Positions 26,933 to 37,157 of a stretch of 64,000 bases of DNA are shown here, one piece after another (position 1 is the stretch's first letter; the number at the start of each line of letters is the position of its first letter). Under the pieces are notes generated by a model that saw only the letters and a list, made by a program, of their open reading frames with translations, did no database searches and was not told where the DNA came from. The DNA is from Nitrospirota bacterium (GTDB lineage: Bacteria; Nitrospirota; UBA9217): NCBI GenBank assembly GCA_963751455.1, contig CAVVUN010000001.1, positions 480,001 through 544,000 on the forward strand, read 5' to 3'. The translations under genes were made by a program, and so were the position numbers.

Positions 26933-27748
26933 ATGAAAACCATTTCTGGAATAGGAAAAGAATCGCGGGTACGCCTCTCTCAAATCATTCGCCAGACAAA
27001 GGGCACGATCACGGTTGAGCAAGCAGCAAAGATTCTGGGGCTGCCCGCCCCTGCCGCATCCAAGCTCCTTGCCCGCTGGGCGAATCAGGGCTGGCTTTCA
27101 CGCGTGCGTCAAGGCCTGTACGTCCCCGTGCCGCTCGAAGCCCGCACACCCGACATTGCGCTCGAAGATCCCTGGATCATAGCTGAACAGCTTTATTCAC
27201 CCTGCTATCTCGGCGGATGGTCCGCTGCTGAATATTGGGGCATGACGGAGCAGCTCTTTCGCACGATCATTGTGATGACGATCCGGAAGCCGCGCGACAG
27301 AAAGCCGTCGATCAAGGGCACGAATTTCCTCATCAGGACCGTCCCGCAGAAAGCGCTGTTCGGGATGAAACCGATATGGCGGGGGCAGGTAAAGGTCAAT
27401 GTCTCCGATCAGACCCGAACAATCCTGGACATGTTGAACGATCCGTCTCTTGGCGGCGGTCTCCGTCCATTCGTGGACGTGTTCAAAAGCTATCTGAAAT
27501 CAGATCAGAAGGATATCAGTTTGCTCATTTCCTATGCTGACCGGCTCGGAAATGGCGCGGTCTTCAAACGCCTCGGTTTTCTTGCGGAACGGATCGCTAA
27601 AGATGAGAAGAACCTGATTGAAGCCTGTCGGTTGCGTTTGACCGCCGGAAACGCGAAACTCGATCCTTCCTTGCCGTCAGACCGACTCATTACGGCATGG
27701 AAACTGTGGGTGCCTGCGGCATGGACCAGGGAGAAAACCGGTGATTGA
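26933..27748 (+). CDS. Type IV TA antitoxin, AbiEi family
   Basis: N-terminal wHTH, LSRVRQGLY, YLGGWSAAEYWGMTEQ, RTILDML, KRLGFL. Confidence 0.88.
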   Translation: MKTISGIGKESRVRLSQIIRQTKGTITVEQAAKILGLPAPAASKLLARWANQGWLSRVRQGLYVPVPLEARTPDIALEDPWIIAEQLYSPCYLGGWSAAEYWGMTEQLFRTIIVMTIRKPRDRKPSIKGTNFLIRTVPQKALFGMKPIWRGQVKVNVSDQTRTILDMLNDPSLGGGLRPFVDVFKSYLKSDQKDISLLISYADRLGNGAVFKRLGFLAERIAKDEKNLIEACRLRLTAGNAKLDPSLPSDRLITAWKLWVPAAWTREKTGD

Positions 27749-29015
27749 CAGACAGGAAATCATGGAGTTTGCGAGAGAGTTCGCGCTCGCACCGAACGTT
27801 GTTGAAAAGGACTATGTCCTCGGCTGGTTCCTGGCTGGAATAGCGAGTCATGCGGAGCTCGGCCCTTCATGGGTATTCAAGGGGGGGACCTGCATCAAGA
27901 AGTGCTTCTTCGAAACCTACCGCTTTTCCGAAGACCTCGATTTTACGCTCACCGCTGCCGCCCATCTTGATCAGGATTTCCTGAAGCGATCATTTGCCGG
28001 CGTGACGCAATGGGTTTACGACAATACGGGTATCGAGATCCCGGAGAACGCAATACGGTTTGAAATATATACTAACTCGCGAGGCAAGGTCTCTGCGCAA
28101 GGCAAGATCGGCTATCGCGGCCCGCTCCAGCCGCGCGGCGATCTGCCAAGAATTAAGTTGGATTTTACCAATGACGAAGTGCTTGTACTTGAACCCGTCT
28201 CCCGCGAAGTCCACCACCCCTACTCGGACAATCCTGATGACGGCATTGATGTACGGTGCTACAGCTTCGAGGAAATCTTTGCTGAAAAGATACGCGCTCT
28301 GGCTGAACGGGAACGGCCTCGCGATCTCTATGATGTGATCCATCTGTTCCGGCACGAGGAGCTTAAAGCCAACCGCGAACAGATCATGAGGGCGCTTGAA
28401 CAGAAATGCGCTTTCAAAGGAATCCCCGTGCCGACCATGCAGTTACTCGAGAACAGACCCGAACGGGCTGAACTGGAGGCAGAATGGGTAAACATGCTTG
28501 GCCATCAGCTCCCGATGCTGCCGGACTTCGCGCAGTTCTGGAATGAACTGCCTGCTGTTTTTGCCTGGCTGCACGGCGAACAACCGCAAGGTGTCGCAGA
28601 ATCGCCTATGCCCTTTGGCGCGGAGGTCGATGCCGCGTGGCAGCCGCCGTCGATGGGTCATGCATGGCATGCACCGGTGCCGCTTGAAGTGGTACGGTTC
28701 GCAGCAGCTAACAGGCTTTGTGTCGTGCTGGGGTACAACGGTACCAGGCGGTTGATCGAGCCGTATTCCCTGAGACGATCCAAGGACGGCAACCTTCTGC
28801 TGGCTGCTGTCAAACACGAAACAGGAGATCCCAGATCGTATCGGGTTGATCGGATCCAGAGCGCGGAAGCGTCAACTGTTTCATTCAAGCCGCGGTATGT
28901 AATCGAGCTCACCCCTGCCGCTCCGATCTTTTCGCCGCCGACCAGGCATAACGCTCCGGCGCGTATAGCACGGACGCCGAGAGCAAACAAGCCGTCAGGG
29001 CGAAGGGGACGCTGA
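27741..29015 (+). CDS. AbiEii nucleotidyltransferase toxin fused to a C-terminal WYL-like domain
   Basis: VEKDY, VFKGGTCIKK, RFSEDLDF, EKIRAL, RPRDLYD; C-terminal LGYNGTRRLIEPYSL...RSYRVDRI. Confidence 0.88.
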   Translation: MIDRQEIMEFAREFALAPNVVEKDYVLGWFLAGIASHAELGPSWVFKGGTCIKKCFFETYRFSEDLDFTLTAAAHLDQDFLKRSFAGVTQWVYDNTGIEIPENAIRFEIYTNSRGKVSAQGKIGYRGPLQPRGDLPRIKLDFTNDEVLVLEPVSREVHHPYSDNPDDGIDVRCYSFEEIFAEKIRALAERERPRDLYDVIHLFRHEELKANREQIMRALEQKCAFKGIPVPTMQLLENRPERAELEAEWVNMLGHQLPMLPDFAQFWNELPAVFAWLHGEQPQGVAESPMPFGAEVDAAWQPPSMGHAWHAPVPLEVVRFAAANRLCVVLGYNGTRRLIEPYSLRRSKDGNLLLAAVKHETGDPRSYRVDRIQSAEASTVSFKPRYVIELTPAAPIFSPPTRHNAPARIARTPRANKPSGRRGR

Positions 29016-29112
29016 TCTGTTTAGTGCATAACGGAGTTACCCTCAATTGCGACCATTAGGCGGCTTCGCAGCAAATGGTTTCTGTGGCGGGATAATAAGA
29101 GCGGCTAAAGAG

Positions 29113-29631
29113 TCACGGCTTGATCTGTTTTACGAATCTCCCTTTATATTTCGCATGGCCGTCGCATCTTTCGAATATGAACTGGCAGATCCTGGTGCCG
29201 GGATACAGGGCCAGCGGCGCATGGCCCAGGTTAACTATTTCCAGTACCTGGTGATTCGCGATGCCGGGATGCATGAAGCCGGCTGTAACGTGCACGGCGA
29301 GTCCAAATCGCGCGAATCTGCTTCTGCCTTCCAGCCGTCCTGATATGTTGTCCGCAAGAGTAATCTTTTCCTTAGTAATTCCCAAAATCATCTCACCGGC
29401 CTTGATGACTACATAACCGCCGTCTTTGACATGAACACTTTTGGTAATGTCTTCGAAATGGGAATCATTTTTTACGTGATAGAGCTTGGATCTTTTTTTA
29501 AATATCCTGAAATCGTTGCCCAGGGTAAGATCTATCGAGCCTGGTCCGATCTGCGATTTATCGAGTGGTTCGATAGTGATCAATTTATTCTTTAAAGCTT
29601 TCTGCATTTCTTTGCCGATCAATACACTCAT
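29113..29631 (-). CDS. dcd: dCTP deaminase
   Basis: PGSIDLTLG, LEGRSRFARFGL.VH.TAGF, LEIVN, RICQ. Confidence 0.92.
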   Translation of the reverse strand: MSVLIGKEMQKALKNKLITIEPLDKSQIGPGSIDLTLGNDFRIFKKRSKLYHVKNDSHFEDITKSVHVKDGGYVVIKAGEMILGITKEKITLADNISGRLEGRSRFARFGLAVHVTAGFMHPGIANHQVLEIVNLGHAPLALYPGTRICQFIFERCDGHAKYKGRFVKQIKP

Positions 29632-29840
29632 TCCCTTAACCCTCTTAAAACAATTTTCGCGCAAAGCCGCCAAGACGCAAAGAAAGGATTTCTGAGCGTT
29701 GCCTCGTTAAGTCTTTTTTATGCCTTTTGCTTGCACCCAGCGTTTATGAGACCCTTGATTCCCGTCTCCCGTCTCTCAGGAAGATGGTACTATAACGGGT
29801 CTATGCTTCACCCTTGATTACCGTCTCGCGGATAATAAAG

Positions 29841-29876
29841 CCCCCTCACCCTACCCTCTCCCCTCTGGGGGCGAGG
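29841..29876. repeat. CCCCTCACC..CCTCTCCC..GGG.GAGG REP-like palindrome
   Basis: Related copy at 50414-50463. Confidence 0.7.
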
Positions 29877-29889
29877 ATAAAAGCGGGGT

Positions 29890-31023
29890 TCACTCCAAGG
29901 ACGCTTTCCAGCCCCGCTCAAACTCTTCATAGGAGAGCGTTACTCCTGAACCAACAGCTTTGCGGATATCGGCGCCAGCACTCAGCTCATCGAGAACGGC
30001 CTTGGCCCGATACATGCCGAAATTATCGATAAGATAGCGGACCGATGAGAGACTGAACAGGTAAGCAAGCCGGGCCTGATCCGCATTCAATCCCGTGAAT
30101 GATCCTTCGAGAGATGAAAGCGGCGGAATTTTTCCTGTCTGAGCTGTCTTCCTGATGTTGTCTTGATGACGCGTCTCAACCTGCAGTCCTTCGAAGTACT
30201 GGGCAAGCCCCTCGTTCAGCCATGCCGGACAGCGGGCGGTTATAGCGCGCACCGCAGCATGGGTATATTCGTGGAAAAGCAATCTCCGAAGCCCGGGGGT
30301 TTCTTTTTCGATGCCTCCGATCGGGAGCCGGATTTTGCCGTCGTAAATACCGCCGCTCCATCCCGGTGCGTCGGTGACTTCGCTGAACTGCCCGCTCGAA
30401 TAAAGGATCACCTGAATTTCCCGGTCAGGGTAATAAGACAGCGCACGGCCGATCTCACCGTATGCGTCCTCCAGTATCCTCAGGATTATTCTTCCTGCTT
30501 CAATCTTTTCCCTGCCCTCGTATTTGACCTGGAAATGACTTGTCATGTCTCGGTTGAAGTCCTTTTCGGTCCGATGCTCTTTCCGTATCCGCTCGAGCCG
30601 GTTCCTAAGCTCCGAGGAAGAAGGGTCCAGTTCTACCGCTTTTTCCCAATAAGAAGCCGCTGCGGACAGATCGTCTCTGCGGTAATATATCTCTCCCAGC
30701 AATTGGTACGGTCCGGACTCCTTCGGGCTTATTGCAGCCGCTCTTGACAATTCCCGCTCTGCAGACCGATCGTCCCCCAATTTAAAATATGTCATACCGA
30801 GCCCCAAAAGAACCGCCCCGTCTTTATCGTTATATCGAAGCGCCTCCTCGAACGACCCGCGCGCTGCGTTATAATCACCGGCCTTCAGTTGCTCCATCCC
30901 TGTCTTCACCAAACGCATATAGGTGTTCTGTTCGGCAGACTGGGCGTAGACAGCGGGGATTTCCGTTAGAAGGATGAGTCCGAAAACAACCAGTAATTTT
31001 TTCCCGAATTTTGTATTGATCAT
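29890..31023 (-). CDS. Exported TPR-repeat protein with peptidase MA (gluzincin-like) domain
   Basis: Signal peptide, TPR repeats, HEYTH, PAWLNEGLAQY. Confidence 0.85.
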   Translation of the reverse strand: MINTKFGKKLLVVFGLILLTEIPAVYAQSAEQNTYMRLVKTGMEQLKAGDYNAARGSFEEALRYNDKDGAVLLGLGMTYFKLGDDRSAERELSRAAAISPKESGPYQLLGEIYYRRDDLSAAASYWEKAVELDPSSSELRNRLERIRKEHRTEKDFNRDMTSHFQVKYEGREKIEAGRIILRILEDAYGEIGRALSYYPDREIQVILYSSGQFSEVTDAPGWSGGIYDGKIRLPIGGIEKETPGLRRLLFHEYTHAAVRAITARCPAWLNEGLAQYFEGLQVETRHQDNIRKTAQTGKIPPLSSLEGSFTGLNADQARLAYLFSLSSVRYLIDNFGMYRAKAVLDELSAGADIRKAVGSGVTLSYEEFERGWKASLE

Positions 31024-31059
31024 CTGGATTCCTAATAAAACCTCAAAACTGGAACTTTT

Positions 31060-31143
31060 ATCCGCAGATTTCGCAGATTGACGCAGATTGAAAGCAAGAG
31101 TCAGGTTCTATCTAATCGGAGAAATCTGCGTAATCTGTGGATA
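31060..31143. repeat. Inverted 9-mer arrays (CGCAGAT / ATCTGCG family)
   Basis: tatccgcagatttcgcagattgacgcagat ... aatctgcgtaatctgtggata; same family at 46801-46882. Confidence 0.85.
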
Positions 31144-31154
31144 ATAACGGATTT

Positions 31155-31553
31155 TTAATCCTTCATCACCTTTACCATGACGCGCCGTTCCCGGGGGCCG
31201 TCGAACTCGCAGAAAAAGACCGCCTGCCATGTTCCCAGCGCCAAACGGCCGTCTTCTATTATGACGACCCGGGACACTCCGATCACGCTCGACTTTATGT
31301 GGGCAGCCGAATTTCCCTCGGTATGGCCGTAATTATCGTCGAACGGGATTATTTTATTCAGTTCCTTCAGGATGTCCCGTCCCACGTTCGGGTCGGAGTT
31401 TTCGTTAATGGTCACAGCGGAAGTCGTATGCGGCACATAGAGATAGCAGACCCCTGACCTGATACCGCTTTCCGCCACAAGCCTCTGCACTGCCTGTGTA
31501 ATGTCTACCAGTTCCGTCCTCGAATTGGTCTTAACCCGTAACTGCCTGATCAT
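31155..31553 (-). CDS. YjbQ/UPF0047 family protein
   Basis: VPHTTSAVTINEN.DP, NSAAHIKS, LGTWQ, EFDGPR. Confidence 0.92.
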   Translation of the reverse strand: MIRQLRVKTNSRTELVDITQAVQRLVAESGIRSGVCYLYVPHTTSAVTINENSDPNVGRDILKELNKIIPFDDNYGHTEGNSAAHIKSSVIGVSRVVIIEDGRLALGTWQAVFFCEFDGPRERRVMVKVMKD

Positions 31554-33160
31554 GAAGCACCTCTCTCCTCAACAATAGGATAAATGATGTGTGTGATGAG
31601 CGAGTTAATCCTCGCAAGATTGGCGATGATGTCGAGATGGATATGGCTGGTTTCAATCGACTCGCGAAACCCTTTGCGGAGACGGTCGAGATGCGCCTGT
31701 ACCAGGTCGCGCTCGAGTGTGCCGATTTCCTCCTTGTTTCTGAGGACCCGGTCTGCAAGCTCTCTGTCTCCGGCAGTAAAGGCGGAAACAGCGGTATCGA
31801 AGTTCTCGATTACCCTCTTGTGAAACATGACGATTTCATCCATGCCTTCCTCAGAAAAGGTCATGCCTTTATTGATCCGCTTTATGGCCAACGGCATGAT
31901 ATTACGGTCTATAATGTCCCCGATGCTTTCCAGGTTGCGCGATACTTCAAGGACCGTCATAACGCGTCTCAACTGGGACTCGGTCAGATGGGCCGAGGAT
32001 AGACGCGAGAGATACAGCCGGATGTGCCGATCGAGCAGGTCTATCATGTTGTCCTTGTTTTTTATCGCCGCGATTTCAGCCTGGTCGCTCAGTTGAAAGA
32101 CTTTGACCACATCGACCAGCATCTCCCTGACGATATCCGACTCCCTGAGCGCTTCCCGGGTCGCTTGGCCAAGGGCAAGGGCAGGCGTACCCAGCACGTG
32201 TTCATCGAGGTACATCGGGCCGAATTTCTTCTCTTCGGCTTTTGCCGGCACCAGTTTAACGATCAGCTTGGAGAACAATCCGATGAAAGGGATGAAAACA
32301 ATGGCCATGATGACGTTGAAGAGCGTGTGTGAATTCGCTATCTGTCTGGCGGAATCCGCTGCCGTATTGATCACCAGGGTGTGAAACGGCGTGACGAACG
32401 GGAGGAAAAGTATGACGCCGAAGAACTTAAAAAAAAGGTGCGCCCAGGCAACCCGCCGCGCTTCAACCGGCGAGCGGAGGCTCGCGATAAACGCGGTCGA
32501 GCAGGTGCCGATATTAGCGCCGAACATGATGAACATGGCCTCATGGATCGTGATCAGGCCGCTCTCCGCCAGCGCGATCGCGATCCCCATGGTCGCTGCG
32601 CTGCTGTGGATCAGGGCGGTTATTACCGCCGAGACCACAATCGTTACGAACGGCGCCTGTCCAAGCGCCATGAACATCTGTTGCACAAGCGGGCTTCCCT
32701 GTACCGGCACCATCGCATTCATCATGATCTTAACGGACAGGAATACGAAACCAAATCCCAGAATACCCTGGCCAAGGTTCTTTGTGACCGTTTTCCGCGT
32801 AAAAAGAAAAAAAGACAGGCCGATGCCGATCAGGAGGAGGGCGTAGTCGTAGACATGGAACGCTATAAGCTGGACGGTAAGAGTGGCGCCGATATCCGCG
32901 CCGAGGATGACCGCAAGCGTCTGGCGGAATGTCATCAGCCCGGCGCTCACGAAACCGACGAGCATCACCGAAGTCGCGCTGCTTGATTGAATAATCCCGG
33001 TTATAAACGCCCCGCCGCCTATCGCAGCAAGGCGGTTACTGGTAAGAGAACGGAGGAGCGACCGGATCTTCGGTCCGGCCGCGTTCTGAAGCCCGTCGTT
33101 CAGCAGGCTGAAGCCGTACAGGAGAAGAAGAATTCCGCCGAAAAGGCTGATGAAGATCAT
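31550..33160 (-). CDS. Na/Pi cotransporter family protein with PhoU-like C-terminus
   Basis: IQSSSATSV, ILGADIGAT, HSSAAT, GANIGT, IANSHTLFN. Confidence 0.9.
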   Translation of the reverse strand: MIFISLFGGILLLLYGFSLLNDGLQNAAGPKIRSLLRSLTSNRLAAIGGGAFITGIIQSSSATSVMLVGFVSAGLMTFRQTLAVILGADIGATLTVQLIAFHVYDYALLLIGIGLSFFLFTRKTVTKNLGQGILGFGFVFLSVKIMMNAMVPVQGSPLVQQMFMALGQAPFVTIVVSAVITALIHSSAATMGIAIALAESGLITIHEAMFIMFGANIGTCSTAFIASLRSPVEARRVAWAHLFFKFFGVILFLPFVTPFHTLVINTAADSARQIANSHTLFNVIMAIVFIPFIGLFSKLIVKLVPAKAEEKKFGPMYLDEHVLGTPALALGQATREALRESDIVREMLVDVVKVFQLSDQAEIAAIKNKDNMIDLLDRHIRLYLSRLSSAHLTESQLRRVMTVLEVSRNLESIGDIIDRNIMPLAIKRINKGMTFSEEGMDEIVMFHKRVIENFDTAVSAFTAGDRELADRVLRNKEEIGTLERDLVQAHLDRLRKGFRESIETSHIHLDIIANLARINSLITHIIYPIVEERGAS

Positions 33161-33209
33161 GAAGTAACTATGCCTAATTTTTTGGTATTCGTCAAGGTAA
33201 TCTTCCCGG

Positions 33210-35825
33210 TTACCCCGTCTTTTTCCTGACGAACTCGATTTCCTCTTCTCGATTTTTGACCAGACCGTCCAGTTTCGCGTCCCGCAGTTCCGCAAGGAGC
33301 TTCCGGTAACGCGGTCCCGGCGGGATTCCCAGCTTTTTCAAATCGTCCCCGGTCAGCGTAACGGCAACTTCTCGAAGGTAGGTAAGATAATGAGAGACAT
33401 ATTTCTTGGCCGTTTCCTTCTTTGCCTTCGCCATCATGAGAAGAAGCGCTTCCGTTTCAAGCGGTGCTAGCAGATCGTAGATCCGGCTTGCCGGCAGACG
33501 CGGTTCCCTGTAGAAAAGATAGAGCACGTCGCGGTAATGCGCGCGGGCTTTTCGGATGCGGTCTCTCACTCTGGGCGGGACAGCCAGTCGTTCGAGCACT
33601 TCTTCGACGTCCGGTTGCCTCAATACATCGACAAGACCGAGAACATGGATGAACCAGCGTTCTATCTTCAGGTCCAGGTAAAGAAGCTTGAACCACGTAA
33701 GCGTCTCCCCGATATTCTCGAACAGGTGCTCCTGTTCCGGCGTGGCCTTCAGTTTCGGATGGATAAACTTCAGGAGATCGAAGTCCTGCATTCTCTTCAA
33801 TATCCTGGCCGGTTCGGCCTCGGAGAACATGAGAACAAGCTCTGCATAAATTCGTCCGCCGGTCAGCCTGTCGAAGAGCTTCATGTTCACTGCGCTTTTT
33901 ATGAGATTCTGCGTATGCTTGCTCATGTGAAAATCGAACCGCTGCTCAAAGCGGATGGCGCGCAGGATCCGGGTCGGATCTTCTACAAAGGAAAGGCTGT
34001 GCAGCACGCGAATAGTCTTCTCCTTGATATCGCGGAGGCCGCCGAAGAAGTCTATGAGTTCGCCGTAGCGCTTCTCATTAAGGCGGACTGCGAGCGTATT
34101 GATCGTAAAGTCGCGGCGGTACAGGTCTTTCTTGATCGATGAAAGCTCGACGGTCGGCAGCGCTGCCGGGGACGCGTAATACTCGAGCCGTGCCGTGGCA
34201 ATGTCTATCTTCAAGCCGTCAGGCAGAACAATGACAGCGGTTCCGAACTTCTGGTGCGTCTTCATGCGGCCGCCGGTTTTTCTGAGCAACATGCCGGCAA
34301 AGGTGATACCGTCCCCTTCGACGACAATGTCGACATCGAGGTTCGCTACCCGCAGGAACAGATCGCGTACGATCCCGCCGACAAGGTATACAGGAAAACC
34401 CGCTTCATTCGCCGCCTGTCCGATTGTTTTGAGAACATCCGTTACTGCCGGCGGCAGCCATTCGTGGATCAGGTTTTTAACGTTACGCCCGAAGCGAAGT
34501 CCGAATTCATCGGATTTCGTAACGTCGGCCAGCCGCTCTTCATGCAGCGACCGGAGCAGGTCAGTGCGCGTAATAGCGCCGACCAGCAGACCGTCGGGGT
34601 CAAGGACCGGCAGAAAGCGCTGGTGCTGTTCAATCATGATCTGTTCCACCCTGCTCATCGGCATATCGGGCTGTGCGGAAGGCAGGCCAACGGACATGAA
34701 CTCCTCGACCTTTTGGCTGCCCAGCCCGTGAGCGAGCGCCTTTTGCACTATCTCGCGCGTAATAATGCCCTCGTACTTTCCCCTGTTCAGGACCGGCAGC
34801 ACGTTAATGCTGAAGCGCGTCATCGCCTCGCCTGCTTCGGCGATTGTGCTGCCCGCCGGGATCGTCTTCACGGGCGTAGTCATGATTTCGCGGACAACAG
34901 GTCCCGGCTTGATGTGGCGCTTCAGAATGTCGATCAACTGCTCCCTGGTTTGAAGATAGGTCATATCCCTGACGACTCCGGCCGCCGCCGTTGCATGGCC
35001 GCCGCCGCCCAGTTCCGCCAGCACAGAGCCGGCATTGACCGCGGGTATCCTGGACCGGGCTATGACGTGGGTCTTGTCTCCCATTTGTACAACCAGAAAG
35101 ACGACGTCGAGACTCTCTACGTCCCTTAACTTATGGGCGAGATTGGCGAGATCAGGGATAAAATGAGGCGATGCAAGCGCCGAAATCACTACGGGAACAC
35201 CGTTGATATCGTAGCTCGTTGCCGATTCGATCAGGCTGTTCAAAATTGATATCTGCTCCGGGGACAGCTCCCGCGACATGAAGTCTGAAACTATATTCAG
35301 CACGGCGCCGAGGGATATAAGGTATGCCGCGGCTTGGGCGTCGCGCTCCGTGGTCGATATGTATGTAAGCGAACCGGTTTCCTCGTAAATCCCGAGAGCG
35401 AATATCGTGGCCTCGAGCGGGCTAATGGGTATTCCCTTCTTCCGGAGCAGCTCCACCATGATCGTGGTCGTTGCTCCCACCTCCTCCACGACTTCCAGCT
35501 CTCCTCTGACGTCCCCCTCCGAAGCCGGATGGTGATCGTAGACGTGAACCGTTACACCGGGCCGCTTCAGCGCTTCCGAAAGCTTTCCGAGCCGGGCAGG
35601 GTTGCGGTTGTCGACGATGATCAGCCTTGTGATGGCAGCGACATCCACGTTCTTCAGCCGCTCGACTTCCATTGCATAAAAGGCCGATTCGAGAAAGAAA
35701 TCCCGCATGCTCTTTTCCTGCGAGCCGGGGAACACGAGTTTGGCTTCAGGGTAGAGTTTTTTAGCTGCGAGCATCGACGCCAGAGCGTCGAAATCCGCGT
35801 TAGTATGACTGGTGATGACTTCCAT
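33210..35825 (-). CDS. DHH-CBS-tRNA nucleotidyltransferase (CCA- or A-adding)
   Basis: SHTNADFD, DHH, CBS pair, YLVGGIVRD, DVDIV, DLYRRDFTIN, EDPTRILRA. Confidence 0.92.
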   Translation of the reverse strand: MEVITSHTNADFDALASMLAAKKLYPEAKLVFPGSQEKSMRDFFLESAFYAMEVERLKNVDVAAITRLIIVDNRNPARLGKLSEALKRPGVTVHVYDHHPASEGDVRGELEVVEEVGATTTIMVELLRKKGIPISPLEATIFALGIYEETGSLTYISTTERDAQAAAYLISLGAVLNIVSDFMSRELSPEQISILNSLIESATSYDINGVPVVISALASPHFIPDLANLAHKLRDVESLDVVFLVVQMGDKTHVIARSRIPAVNAGSVLAELGGGGHATAAAGVVRDMTYLQTREQLIDILKRHIKPGPVVREIMTTPVKTIPAGSTIAEAGEAMTRFSINVLPVLNRGKYEGIITREIVQKALAHGLGSQKVEEFMSVGLPSAQPDMPMSRVEQIMIEQHQRFLPVLDPDGLLVGAITRTDLLRSLHEERLADVTKSDEFGLRFGRNVKNLIHEWLPPAVTDVLKTIGQAANEAGFPVYLVGGIVRDLFLRVANLDVDIVVEGDGITFAGMLLRKTGGRMKTHQKFGTAVIVLPDGLKIDIATARLEYYASPAALPTVELSSIKKDLYRRDFTINTLAVRLNEKRYGELIDFFGGLRDIKEKTIRVLHSLSFVEDPTRILRAIRFEQRFDFHMSKHTQNLIKSAVNMKLFDRLTGGRIYAELVLMFSEAEPARILKRMQDFDLLKFIHPKLKATPEQEHLFENIGETLTWFKLLYLDLKIERWFIHVLGLVDVLRQPDVEEVLERLAVPPRVRDRIRKARAHYRDVLYLFYREPRLPASRIYDLLAPLETEALLLMMAKAKKETAKKYVSHYLTYLREVAVTLTGDDLKKLGIPPGPRYRKLLAELRDAKLDGLVKNREEEIEFVRKKTG

Positions 35826-35835
35826 TGTTTAAACA

Positions 35836-35909
35836 GGCAGAGCGCATAGCGCAAAGGGCATAGCGTTAAGCCATCTACTCCCTACGCTCTGCGCCATGCG
35901 CTTTGCCCT
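35836..35909. repeat. Inverted GCGCATA-family heptamer arrays abutting the xerD stop codon
   Basis: ggcagagcgcatagcgcaaagggcatagcg ... ctacgctctgcgccatgcgctttgccct. Confidence 0.85.
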
Positions 35910-36789
35910 ACCCTCTCGGATGATACTTCTCGTGGATCTGCCTGAGCCGCTCGCGCGATACGTGCGTATAGATCTGCGTTGTCGAGATATCGGAATGGCC
36001 AAGCATAGCCTGCACTGCCCGCAGGTCAGCCCCATTGTCCAGCAGATGCGTAGCGAAAGAGTGACGCAGGGTGTGCGGCGATATATTTTTTTCAATGCCC
36101 GCCCGTGTCGCGCATTGTTTGATCCTCTCCCAGAACATCTGCCGCGTCAGGCCCCTTCGCTGGGAACTGATAAACAGCATTTCGGAATCTTTTCCTTTGA
36201 GCAGGCCCGGCCGGGCCCGGCTGAGATATTCCCGGACCACCTCTATTGCCGCCTCTCCAATCGGAACTGCGCGCTCCTTGGATCCTTTTCCCAGAACGAT
36301 AAGAAAACCACGTTCAAGATTGATGTCCCCTATCTTCAGCCCTACCAGTTCGCTTACCCGAAGGCCGGTTGCGTAGAGCACTTCGAGCATTGCCTTGTCG
36401 CGCAGCCCGAGCACGGTTGAGGTATCGGGCTGTTCAAGGAGCGCTTCGACATCCGCCGAGGACAGGCTTTTCGGCAGCCTTTTCCATCCGCGCGGCGTCT
36501 CGACATTCACAGTCGGGTCCGTTTTCGCAAGACTGTCGATCAGCAGATATTTGTGCAATCCTCTGATTGCCGCCAGATTTCGCGCCGAGGAACGCGGAGA
36601 AAGCCCAGCCGCCGAAAGACCGGCAAGGAATGAAACCACGTCCTGATGGCTGATTTCATCCGGCTGTTTTGTTTTCATATGGTGGAAGTACCTGCTGAGG
36701 TCGCGTTCATACGACCGCACGGAATTGGCCGCAAGTCCCTTCTCAACGGAAAGGAAATTCAAAAATCTCTGAAGGAGATCGTCATCCAT
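35908..36789 (-). CDS. xerD: Tyrosine recombinase XerD
   Basis: LYATGLRVSEL, GKGSKER, HTLRHSFATHLL.NGADLR, LGHSDISTTQIY. Confidence 0.93.
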   Translation of the reverse strand: MDDDLLQRFLNFLSVEKGLAANSVRSYERDLSRYFHHMKTKQPDEISHQDVVSFLAGLSAAGLSPRSSARNLAAIRGLHKYLLIDSLAKTDPTVNVETPRGWKRLPKSLSSADVEALLEQPDTSTVLGLRDKAMLEVLYATGLRVSELVGLKIGDINLERGFLIVLGKGSKERAVPIGEAAIEVVREYLSRARPGLLKGKDSEMLFISSQRRGLTRQMFWERIKQCATRAGIEKNISPHTLRHSFATHLLDNGADLRAVQAMLGHSDISTTQIYTHVSRERLRQIHEKYHPRG

Positions 36790-37026
36790 ATTTAATATAA
36801 CTTTGAAATGCGCCGCGTTTCGTCATTTCGAGCAGAAGCGAGAAATCCATGAATTGACGCGCCGTGGTATCCCGGTGGCGGACCTTTAAAGATTTCTCCC
36901 GCTGGTCGAAATGACAAAAAAACTCTTTACTAACTTGATTGTAAGTGAATGTTATTGAAAATGCAAGTGATGGGAAGAAATTGGATGGCTGGTTTAACGT
37001 AACTGCCAAGAATGGAAAAACCATTC

Positions 37027-37128
37027 TCACACGAAGGCACAAAGCACACAAAGAAGATCAAAAGTAAGTTAACTTTGTTTAAACATAAGAATCAAAGCTT
37101 TTCTTCGTGTCTTCGTGTCTTTGTGTGA
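37027..37128. repeat. Inverted 8-mer arrays (CACGAAG / CTTCGTGT)
   Basis: cacacgaaggcacaaagcacacaaag ... cttcgtgtcttcgtgtctttgtgtg; relatives at 46915-46940 and 55752-55830. Confidence 0.8.
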
Positions 37129-37157
37129 ACATGAATGTTATGTCTTTGTTTCTCGTC

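Noticed and set aside
29027-29062. attC- or dif-like site after abiEii (GCATAAC...ATTAGGC)
   Set aside because: Too short for attC, no L-box pairing, and a poor match to dif.
35908-36789. Tyrosine recombinase as integron or island integrase
   Set aside because: Its length and motifs are those of housekeeping XerD; it lacks the IntI-specific insertion.
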